The notes beneath the pieces were generated by a model, which saw only the letters and a program-made list of their open reading frames with translations, ran no database searches and was not told where the DNA came from. Source: Pseudomonadota bacterium (GTDB lineage: Bacteria > Pseudomonadota > Gammaproteobacteria > Xanthomonadales > Xanthomonadaceae). Taken from it: a stretch of 64,000 nt of DNA. Both the position numbers and the translations under genes were made by a program. The stretch covers positions 10,084-74,083 of the forward strand of contig JAZBLM010000002.1 in assembly GCA_037033225.1 (NCBI GenBank). Reading direction: 5' to 3'. This document shows positions 10,134-20,100 of this stretch, in pieces; position 1 is the first letter of the stretch, and each line of letters begins with the position of its first letter.

Positions 10134-10607
10134 TCACGACAGGTGCGGCCTTCCCTTGGGGTGAGGGCCATTCACCGAGTCCAAGCCAAGGTGCGGCACC
10201 ACAATGCGTGCCAAGTCCTCCACGCCATACCGCTCGTCGCCATAGGGCACCACCTGACGTACCACGAAGCTGGACCAGTCCTTACCGACCGCGCCGCGCA
10301 GTTCAGCGGGCTCCGACGGCAGCATGCGCATTGCCCAGTAGGGGAAGTGCCGACGCCCGGTCCGCGCCCTGCCTAGCTCCACCATTCCTGTGTGATTCCG
10401 GGAATTCTGCACCCTGCTATAGACCACCGCGATGCCGTCCTCCGGCCCTTCCAGGTACTGGAGGAAACGCGCCCCGTCAAAAAGCAGCAACCCGGTCACG
10501 CCAGCGTGGGTATTGAACTCAGCTGCCCTGCGAGCTAAGTCGTCCGCCGCATCCAGGCCGAACCCGGGCACCGCCTCGCTTGTGTAGGCGATTGCTTGAA
10601 TCGGCAT
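10134..10607 (-). CDS. Stand-alone BLUF blue-light sensor
   Basis: AYTS (Tyr), FN...VTGLLLFDG.RFLQYLEG (Gln), RHFPYWAM (Trp/Met). Confidence 0.9.
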   Translation of the reverse strand: MPIQAIAYTSEAVPGFGLDAADDLARRAAEFNTHAGVTGLLLFDGARFLQYLEGPEDGIAVVYSRVQNSRNHTGMVELGRARTGRRHFPYWAMRMLPSEPAELRGAVGKDWSSFVVRQVVPYGDERYGVEDLARIVVPHLGLDSVNGPHPKGRPHLS

Positions 10608-10646
10608 TCCATGACCCCTGTCGTCTTCCTTGGACCCCCCCGCAGC
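10601..10646. repeat. Imperfect repeat copy A (BLUF 5' leader and start)
   Basis: Aligns by eye with 12689..12737. Confidence 0.65.
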
Positions 10647-11198
10647 GGAGTATAGCCCACTGCCACGCTGAGCGCCGGAAGCGGTCGCGCGTCGAAAGGA
10701 TGACCTACCCCTTCTGGCCGCGCCCGAGTAGTTGCGTCATCATGACACCCCGCTGCCAAGTACGCGGAACACTGGGGGCAACAGGATGAAAGCGACACAT
10801 TACTTTTCAGTAGAACGTATCGATTACTCCGACTTGGTTAGTGGAACTATCATTCTTTCGCTATTTTGAAATGGCTGCGGACAGCGCCAGCTTGAACGTG
10901 TCTCTACCCAGGCGCCTCAGCGGCTTGTCTGCATAAGTTGTCGCGCTGCGCAGCCGTTGTCGGAGGCGAGATTCCTCCCGAGTCACCACACTCCTGTCGC
11001 GCCAGTGAGCCTTGCTCTTGCGGCGAACCAACCGAATGGAACATCCTCACCGACGTTCGAGGCTCTTAATCCGCTCCCGGCTGTGAGCGTGCCGCATTGA
11101 CCCGCTGAACGATCAGTGACAGTGGACCTTGAGCGCTTACAAACGACCTTCATGGCAGGCCGGGTAGCGTGGCGCCGTGAAACTCAGCAGGCTCATTT

Positions 11199-11426
11199 AT
11201 GACAGACACTGGCGCATTCAAGATCATTTGCTTAGAGATGGCCACGCCCCCGGGCTCTGAAAGGGAAGTTGTCGAATGCATTTCGGCCCAATGTATTCGC
11301 TGTATGCATGTCACTACCGCCTCTGGAAATGCGATACACCGTCTACCGGGCGGGCTGGTAATCCGCTGCGAAGCGTGTGCGCGCGAACAAGCGGTTGCTA
11401 ACGCACGGCTATCCGCCGGACGTTAG
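11199..11426 (+). CDS. Small zinc-ribbon protein
   Basis: CIRC ... CEAC. Confidence 0.6.
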   Translation: MTDTGAFKIICLEMATPPGSEREVVECISAQCIRCMHVTTASGNAIHRLPGGLVIRCEACAREQAVANARLSAGR

Positions 11427-11527
11427 TCATCGGATAGACTGTTTAATGCTGCCTGCTCGCGGCTGGCGTTTGAGCGCCTATCAGCTCATGATCGGGGCTT
11501 GCCTCCGCCGCACACGTAAGGAGTTCC

Positions 11528-11770
11528 GTGCCTAATACCGGGCAATTTTACCTACTGAGTGTAGCTGGCATGCTTAGTGTCACGGGCGAGCTCGTGCAAG
11601 TCACGCGCGTCGATTGCACCTGCCTCCAGTGTAGACACCAGTTCGCTGCTATCGTCGGGCATGGGCTCACTGACCTGGATGGCGCGGCTGTTTTGACATG
11701 TTCGAGTTGCGGCAACAGGCAGGCTGTGAGCCGGCAGCGCCTTGAGGACTTTCGCGCGCGAACTCAGTGA
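11528..11770 (+). CDS. Small zinc-ribbon protein, paralog of 11199..11426
   Basis: TAAGGAG SD, GTG start; CLQC ... CSSC. Confidence 0.6.
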   Translation: MPNTGQFYLLSVAGMLSVTGELVQVTRVDCTCLQCRHQFAAIVGHGLTDLDGAAVLTCSSCGNRQAVSRQRLEDFRARTQ

Positions 11771-12233
11771 CCGGCATCGCGCCTTCCAAGCCCGAGCGGC
11801 CACCGTTATAACGCCTAAGAGCGCTGCGAATAGGCCCGCTGTTCCAAACACCAGTGTGAGGAGTTGCATTTGGGCGCGTCCCCGTATCGGGAAACCAGTT
11901 GACCATGCAGCCCATGCAGTGCGCGTGAATGTTGCGAGGCTGCGAGGTCTTACGCCCCCCTCCACCCCAGCTTGCCGATAGCAAGCAGCGACGCCGATCA
12001 CACATTTGATTGAGACGCTATGCCATCGTGTCCGTGTCCAGCACGTACCTCGTTGGACGACGCGTTGACTGGTCTTCGGACCGCTTTGTCACCCGGCTAC
12101 AGGTGGACTATGCGGACGGGATGTCCCCCACCTCGTAGTGACGCCCTCGGATAGGGGCTCGTCGTGATCGGGGCTTTGCCGTTCGAGGTCAATGTCGCAA
12201 ACGCCGACATGAACAGTCGCGGATCGAAACGTC

Positions 12234-12467
12234 TCAATGCAGGCTTACTGAACGCCCTAAGTGTTCTGTTGCAATGCGCTCAGCCTCCAACAGCACTTCT
12301 AAACATGACCCGGATTTTCCCGAGCCTGGTAGCCGCAGGCCCGATGCGAAAGATATGGTGATCAGTTCCCAACAATCGGCGTCTTTTTTTATGAGTGTCG
12401 CCTCGTAAGGATGATCTCCTACGGTCAGAGCCACCGCACTTATGTCTTCTGGTATTGCTTTATTCAT
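12234..12467 (-). CDS. Hypothetical protein
   Basis: 77 aa lower-GC ORF. Confidence 0.5.
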   Translation of the reverse strand: MNKAIPEDISAVALTVGDHPYEATLIKKDADCWELITISFASGLRLPGSGKSGSCLEVLLEAERIATEHLGRSVSLH

Positions 12468-12688
12468 ACGGCCAAGATGAGGCTGCGCGCTGGACGGTTC
12501 GCTGCTAATCCTACCCGTAACTGATTCTATCTGCGCATTCCAGTCACATTTTCATTTAGGCCAGCATCGCGGCCGGCGCTGCAACCGCCAGACTCTAATC
12601 AAGCCAGCATGGTGACCAATTGAGCGCCCAACAACGTGCAAGACGTGCCTCGCCGGCTGGATAGACTGCGTCGCCCGCGGATCCATAT

Positions 12689-12737
12689 TCGGCATTTCTA
12701 TGACCCCTGTTGCCTTCCTCGGGTCCCCCGGCGCAGC
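12689..12737. repeat. Imperfect repeat copy B, preceding a 47-codon minus-strand ORF (12552..12695)
   Basis: Aligns by eye with 10601..10646. Confidence 0.65.
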
Positions 12738-12784
12738 CGCATACCCACGCGTGGCCATCACGTGGCTGGCCCTATGGTCGGACC

Positions 12785-13450
12785 ATGTGCGGCCGATTTG
12801 TCCAGACCCCCATCTTCAAGCCTGACCAGTTCGGCCTGCCCGACCTGGCCCAGGACCTGCTCGAGCTGCCTGCCAGCTACAACATAGCCCCGACCCAGCG
12901 CGCGTCAGTCATCCTTGACCGCGGCACCGGCCGGCAGGTCACGCGCCTGGCATGGGGCCTGCTTCCCTTCTGGGCGAAGGCGAAGGGCCTGCAGGGCTCC
13001 ACGATCAACGCCCGCATCGAGACCGTGGCCACGAAGCCGGCGTTCCGCACCGCGTTCAAGAAACGCCGCTGCGTGGTGGCGATGGCCGGGTACTACGAGT
13101 GGTCTGTGAGCCCCGAGGACGGCAAGAAGGATCCGTGGTTCATCCATGCAGCCGGCCCGCTGCTGGCGGCCGGGCTGTGGGAGGACAGCAGCCCCCTGCT
13201 CCCCGATGGCAACCTCGGCACCTTCACCGTCATCACAGGCGACAGCAGCGGGGTATCGGCCGACATCCACGACCGGATGCCGGTGTGGTTGCAGCCCGAG
13301 CAGGTGGACGAATGGATGGCGGCAGCGCCCGACGACGCCATGGCGATGCTGCTGGCCAGCGATCCGCCTGCGATGGAGGCCTACCGAGTGAGCCGCGCGG
13401 TTAACTCGCCGCGCAATAACGTCCCGGAGTTGCTGGACCCTGCCGCTTAG
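12785..13450 (+). CDS. SOS-response-associated peptidase (SRAP/YedK/HMCES family)
   Basis: N-terminal MCGRF, YNIAPTQ, INARIET, YYEW, IHDRMP. Confidence 0.93.
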   Translation: MCGRFVQTPIFKPDQFGLPDLAQDLLELPASYNIAPTQRASVILDRGTGRQVTRLAWGLLPFWAKAKGLQGSTINARIETVATKPAFRTAFKKRRCVVAMAGYYEWSVSPEDGKKDPWFIHAAGPLLAAGLWEDSSPLLPDGNLGTFTVITGDSSGVSADIHDRMPVWLQPEQVDEWMAAAPDDAMAMLLASDPPAMEAYRVSRAVNSPRNNVPELLDPAA

Positions 13451-13644
13451 TCCGCGCCGGATGTTCCCGTGGTCACGTCCTTCACCAATACCCCGCGTTG
13501 GTCCAGCAGCTCGAGCAGGGCCCGAAGTCGTTGCATGCCGAAGTTGGCGCCGCCGGATGTCTCCCACCATCCGGTGTCATCCTCCATCTCGGTGAGGTCG
13601 ATGCCGGCGAGCACCTGGCGAACCTCTGACTCCTCAACTGCCAT
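13447..13644 (-). CDS. Hypothetical protein
   Basis: GGAGGAGG SD, overlaps the upstream gene end. Confidence 0.6.
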   Translation of the reverse strand: MAVEESEVRQVLAGIDLTEMEDDTGWWETSGGANFGMQRLRALLELLDQRGVLVKDVTTGTSGAD

Positions 13645-14083
13645 ACAGCGCCTCCTCCCCTGCGTCCGGGCCGGGCACATCGTAAATCTTTACCGCCTCG
13701 AAAAGGTAGGTAGCGCCGACGACTAGGCCCGCCGACACCTCCAGTCCCACGCGCATCGTGAGCTGGGGCAATCCGACGCTCGCCTCGGGCAGGAACTGCA
13801 GCTCCGCCGTGCCCGCTTGGGCTGCCGACTCCGTGCGAAGATTCAGCACCGCTCGGAAGGAGATCGTGCTGCCGGCAGTGCCCTGCCCTGGGGCAGCCGG
13901 ATCCACCCTGCTCGCGGTCCATTGGTAGGTCTCGCCAACCTCGAGCGCTGCGGCGACTGCGGGCGCCACGGACATGGTGAGCTGCGGGGCTCCGATGGCC
14001 TCCTGCGGCAAGAACTGCAGGATCACGATACCGCGCTGGCCAGCGCTTTCGGTACGGAGGTTCAGGACTGTGTTGAAGTTCAT
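13634..14083 (-). CDS. Two-repeat hypothetical protein downstream of the tail tip gene
   Basis: VLNLRTESA...LQFLP...PQLTM.V...VG.TY occurs twice. Confidence 0.75.
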   Translation of the reverse strand: MNFNTVLNLRTESAGQRGIVILQFLPQEAIGAPQLTMSVAPAVAAALEVGETYQWTASRVDPAAPGQGTAGSTISFRAVLNLRTESAAQAGTAELQFLPEASVGLPQLTMRVGLEVSAGLVVGATYLFEAVKIYDVPGPDAGEEALYGS

Positions 14084-14134
14084 GGCTTTCCCTTTGTTGG
14101 AAGAAGAGGTCGCCGATTCCGGCGACCCGCTGGT

Positions 14135-17100
14135 TTACTGTTCGATCGACACGACGGACAGGCTCTGCGTGATCGTCTGACCCTCAAACGTGCCGGATGT
14201 GTGGGTTACGGCCTGCTCGCTGTAGGCAACGATCTCGGCGCGGTAAGAGCGCTGCGCAGTACCGTCGATGCTGTCGTTCAAGGTGATGGACCCGTTCCAC
14301 ACCGAAGTTGCAACGTCGGGGCCGTCGATTTCGTTGAGGATCTCCACGCCTCCGCCTGCGGTGAACGACGTCCACAACGTTTCGCCTTGGCCTGCAATCT
14401 GCCGGTAGACGTAGACCGTGGCCGAGTTACTGCCAGCACCTGTCACAAAGCCGGTGCTACCCGATGCACCCTTCGTGCGCCGCACCCGGCGGCTCAGGCT
14501 GATCACCACCGCTTTGTTGTTGCCGTTGGTGTCGAAGTACCCCGTGGTCACGCCCGCGCCAACCGTGGTGGTCTGCGTGGACTGCACCGCGTTGCGACGG
14601 ATACCTGCAGCGATGGCACCGCCGAAGTACGCACCGCCATTGCGGTCAAACCAGATCGTGGCCAGCTGCTTCGACGCTCCAGCGATACCCACGTTCGGAC
14701 CGAAGTACAGCATCAGCGAGTCCGGGCCGAAGCCGTTACCCATGATGCCCTGCGAGTTGCCAGCCCATACACGAAGGTTGCCCTTGGTCAGCTCCATGCC
14801 GTCAGCTGCGCCAGGGCTGATGACGTTCAGCACACTGGCCAACATGTTGATCTCGCCCGTGGTGCCGTTGTTCTTCACCTGCATGCCCGCAACGTTGCCG
14901 TTGACGTCAGTGAACATGTTGATGCCCGCGTGATCTTCCGCGCCGCCCGCAGACCACGGGGAAGGTGTCAGCTGATCGTCGGGAACCTGCTCCAACATCG
15001 GCCGCACGGCCCACAGATACGGATCAGAACCGAAGCTGGAATGCGCACGCGCACGCCACCCCATCCTGACGGTACGCGTTGTCGGCGGAGCAACCATCTG
15101 CACAAACTGTCGCGGCATTTCAGCCAGCGAGGGATAGCCGCCCAGGCCATAAGGCCCAATTTCGGGCGACGTGACTTCGCCTACAATCTGCCCGGCGTGG
15201 TTGTAGAACGCGATCCAAACCACGGTCCCACAACGGTGGGCGTTCAGATACGCCGACGCAATGTACCTCTTGCCCGGCTGTGCCCCGATGGTGTTCTCGT
15301 TTCCTACCAGCCCGAACCGGCTTTCATTGTTGTTGGGCGTACCGGACGCCCTGAACCCCATGCTGTTCAAGCCAGTTGGCCAGTAAGTGGGATCAAGGAA
15401 GTTTTTCTGCACTTCCTGCCACACGCCCTGATCGTTCCAGATAAAGCCCCACGGCTTCCGGCCATTCTCCGAGAAAGACGCGTTGGTCAGCAGATTGCCA
15501 CCACCGGTCAGGTTGCGCCCGACTTTGGCGTCAAGTTCGATCACAGCCGATGCGTTCGCCTTGCTGCCAAGCGAGGCAGTCACCTGATTGATCTGCGTGC
15601 CCTGCGACGTCAACGTGTTGCCCTGCTGCGTCACCGTGGCATTGGTGGCACTCAAACCGCTGGCGGTGGCATCGGCCGTGGCCTTCGCACCGTTCGCCGT
15701 GGCCGTCACGTTGGTGATCGCCGTGCCCTGGCTGGTCAGAGTGCCTTCCGCCGAAGTCACACGCGTGGTCAGTGACGTGGTGGCCGCTGCGTTGGCTTCC
15801 GATGACAGCTGATCGGTGACGTCGTACAGCTCCACACGGTCGATGGCCACGCTGGTGTTGGACGGATACGCGAACACTTGCAACTGAATGTCAGTGTTTT
15901 CCACTGCCGTGACGGGGAAGTCCGCACCGCAGCTTTCGAACACCGTGGTGCTGAACGTCTTCTGGACGTCAGAAGAATAGGTGCTGCCATCAACGTGACG
16001 CCGACGCAGACGCAACAGCAACGTGCCAGTACCTGACAGCGCTTTTGCACGCACGCGGGCGCGATACCGGCGATTGGCACGCACGGCCATCCACAGCCCA
16101 TTGTTACTGGTCAGGTACGGATTCTGGCTTGCGGCTTTGGTGATGACATAGCCCGGACCGCCATCCCCTGATGTCGCGCCCCATACGCCCGTGTTGCCTG
16201 TGCCACCTCCGCTATTGAACAACCAGTCAGACATGCCCTGCGCGAAGTTGCTGTTGGGCAGAAGGTTGTCGCCGGTAAGCAGGACGCCATCGATGCGGGC
16301 ATTGACGTTTGTCAGAGCTGTTCCCTGGCTCACCAGCTGGCCTTCGGCGCTCGTCAGTCGCGTCGACAGCGCGCTGCTGGCAGCTGCGTTGGCCGCTGTA
16401 GCGTCGGCCACTTCAGCCACCGAAGGGGCGTAGCCCGTTGCCGCCTCGCCGATCTGCACTTGAACGTTATCGACCTCGAACCACTGGTCGGGCGTGTTGG
16501 TGCCATACACACGAACGTAGACGTTGCCCGTCACCGCATTGGCCGGGGCCGGCGGCGTGGTGAACACCTTGCGCTCGTAGGCCTCAGACGTGACCCGATA
16601 TGGCGCGACGTTCGTGGTGCCGCTGTAAGAGATCGCGGCCCCTGCTGCGTCCCGCCACGCCATCTGCAGGAACACGCGTGGCCCGATGGTTCCCCTCACA
16701 TACGCGGAAATCGTGACCGGCTTGCCAGGCTCCACGCGAAGCGTCCGCACCTGGGAGTTGCTGACCAATTCGCTGTAGCCGCTGGCCGGCAGGTTCGCGA
16801 TCGCCCAACGCCAGGCCTTGGTGCTGTTGGGCAGCGGTGAATCGACCAGGGTGCGCACGATGCTGCCGGCCACCGCACCGCTGGTGCTGGTGTTGTAGCC
16901 CAGTGTGCCGTTTTCGAAACCGCTATTGCCCAGCTGGTTGTCGCCGCCGATGTTGCCCAGCTGCGACTGCACCGCAGTCATCGCCGCGCCTTGGCTGGTG
17001 ATCTGGCCGTCATGAACATCCACGCGGCCGGAGAGGCTTTGCAGAGACGCGTTCGAGGCCTTGCCAGCCACATCCTGCTGGGTCTGGGTCAACGCGGCGC

Positions 17101-20100
17101 CCTGTGCCGTCAGAGTGCCCTTGACGTTGGAGACCTCGGTGGTCAGGGCCGCCGTTGACTGAGCATTGGCCGCGACACGGTTCTGCAGGTCACCGATGCT
17201 GCCCGGGGTCTGCACGACAACGTCATCGATTAGCACGTAGGCGCTGGACAATGGACGGATGCTGCCAGCAGCAAAGCGCAGGTAGAGCTGTTGCGGATTG
17301 AAGGTGCTCGGCACGGTCCACGTGTAGGACCGCAAGGCCCAGGCGCCACCCGTTGTGTTGATCCAGCTGTTCCAGCTCTGGACCCAGCCGGTCGGGTTGG
17401 ACAGGCTGGAGATCAATCCCACGGTCACCGCGTCGGTGCCGCTGATGTCCTCGCTGCTCTTGGTCCGGAACGTGACGGTGATCGCATCGCCCGGATTGAC
17501 AGTGATCGGCGTCAGGTTTGCCACGCGGAGCGATCCAGCACCCGATCGCAATGCCTTCTCCGTGGGATCCCAGCTGAAAGAGCTGCCGGAGCCCGAGGCG
17601 GCCCAGCTCGCCACGTCCAGATCAAAGGTGCCGTTGGGGATGGCGTTGAAGCTGCGCAGCACGCCGTCCAGGCCGCTCCGGACGTTGTTGATCGACTGCG
17701 CGTTGGCGTTGTCGCGCTCGACGCTGGCCTGCTCTGCCGCGGCGACCGATGCCTGGCTTGCCAGCTGGCCGCTGCCGGCCGGCAGCCGGCCCTCGATGAG
17801 GCTGGTGCGCTCGGCGATAACCCGGTCGCCCTCGATCCGTGCCGAGTTGACCTGTCCGATCATCCCCTGCGCGGCGGCGGCATCGTTGCCGGCGTAGTCG
17901 CCGCGCAGCTGCACGGCCAAGGTGTTGCGCTGGGTTGCCTCAGTGGCGTCGGCGGTCTGGCGTGCCAAGGTCTCCTGCTGCACCAGGGCCACGCTGGCGC
18001 CCGGCGTCGGGCGGCCGATGGCGATGTAATCGAACAGCAGGTAGGCGGTCGCCGTCTGGTTGCTGGCCAACGACAGCCGGATCTGCCTGATGGGCGAGGC
18101 GCCATTCCACGGCAGGTTGTCGACGTCGACCGTCGCCATGCCGGCGGCATCGAAGTTTGGCGCCGGCATGGTCACCGACTTGGCGGTGTTCCAGGTGGTG
18201 TCGGCGTCGGTGATCCACTGCACCAGCCCGCGCCAGGTGGGAGTGCCGACCCGCTGCAGGCGCATTTTGATGAAGCGGTAGGCCGCACCGTCCACCGCCA
18301 GTGCCGCCGGCGAGGTGATGTGCGGATTGCTGGCCTGGTTTGCCGGCCGCAGCCAGCCGTCCACGATGGTCGGCGCGCCGTTGCCGGTCCAGCCTTCGGC
18401 CGTGCTGTCGAAGTACCAGACCTGCTTGCTGTCGAACTGGGTGCCACTGCCGGCGGCCACCGAAGAGACCTGACGCGCCAGCGACTCAACATCGCTCTGG
18501 CGCGCAGTCGTCTCCAGCGCAATATCGGCCTTCCAGTCCAGCCTGGCGTTCAGGAGCGCTTGGATCCGCGCCGCCTCCTCATCGGCAACGGCCTCGGCCA
18601 CGCCGACGACCTGGTCACGCACGCTCTGCACGTCGGCCAGGCGCAGCGTTGCTTCGCCGACGAGGTCCGCCTGCGCCTGTGCGAAGGCAGCCGCCCGCTC
18701 AGCAGCCTCAGCGGCATCACGCGCAATGCTGTCGGCCTTATCGCGGTCGATCTGGTTTTGCTGTTCGATCAGCTGCTGGGTCTGCTCCTCGAGCGAGTCC
18801 TCGATGCCGCCAATGACCTCGCTCAGGTTCGCCTGCAGTGTCTTGGCCAGCAGCTGCATGCCCGTGGACAGCGTGCCGGAGGTGTTGCGCGAACGGCAGG
18901 CGAAGGTCCACTCACCCGCCGGTGGCAAGACCGCCTCAAAGGCCGAGGCGTGGTAGCCGTCGTCGCCCAGCGGGATCATCGCGTCCCACGCGGGGGCCGA
19001 GTGCGTCCCGGCGATGTACCGGATCTCCACGCCGGCAAAGTTGGCCGACTGGATGGTGTCGCTCAGGAATCCCCAGGTGTAGCGGCGCACACCGCCGCTC
19101 AGCTGCTCAACGTCAAACAGGTCCACCACCACCGGCGGCGCATCGGCGCCCAGGGTCGTGTAGATCACCGAGGCCGCCACGCCGGCGTTGCCGTCCGGGC
19201 TGTAGGGGCGCACGGTCACGGGATACGTGCCGGCGCCCGGGATGCGCCAGGTCGCGGTGCGGGTGACGGTCCTGGCCACTTCTTCCAGCGACGCGTTGCC
19301 GTCCAGGTCGGACAGCACAATGGTGTCGCCCACCGGGCCGGTGATGGCGAAGGTGGCCTGCAGCTCGGTGTACTCGGTATCGCCCTGAACCACCTGCCGC
19401 TCGGTGATCTTCAGGTCGCTGGCCACCGGCCGGGTCTGCAGCAGGGATTCGTTCGGATCCCGGACGTACTCGCCGGTCTTCACGTATTGCCAGAACTGCG
19501 GGCTCTCCGCTACCACTTCGACCGCGGCGCCCTTCAGGTCACTCTCGGGCCGGATGCTGGTCACGCGCACGCGCAGGCCCGGGGTCTGCTTGAAGTCGTA
19601 GATCCAAAGCGTGTCCCAAGCCGGGTTGGCCTCGCTGTTGCCCGGCAGGGCTGCGTCGGCAGGCCAGCCATCGGCCAGCACAAGAATGTCGCTGGTGCCG
19701 GCAAAGGGCTGTACACGCAGCACGCGGTACACGCGCTCTCCTGGGATGCGCAGCCCAACGAAGGCGTTGCCCTGCGCAGGCGCCGGCACGGGCTCGTCAA
19801 GCTGCAGGGTGGCCGTGCCGCCTGCGATCGATGCGCCCTTGACCCGCCCACCGAAGCCCCACTGGGTCATGTCGTGCTGCAGCGCCAACATCGACATGCG
19901 GCTGTACGACAGGTGTTCGATATCGGTGCTGTAGCTAATCGCCTTGTATTGGTACAGGCTCTGCGCCAGGTGCCAGCGGGCCAGCATCACCGCGTGGGCC
20001 TCACTGGTGATGCCCTCCCCGCTCACCTGCGCCGGGTTGAGCATGGTGGTGACGCCGGGGGCAGGCACGCGCAGGGTCTTGGGCTGCCAGGTTGCGCTGT

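Noticed and set aside
12010-12250. Possible degraded third zinc-ribbon paralog
   Set aside because: Only vague resemblance across several frames; CxxC pairs not recoverable
14135-15500. Diversity-generating retroelement or invertible tail fibre system
   Set aside because: No reverse transcriptase, invertase, template repeat or inverted crossover sites seen
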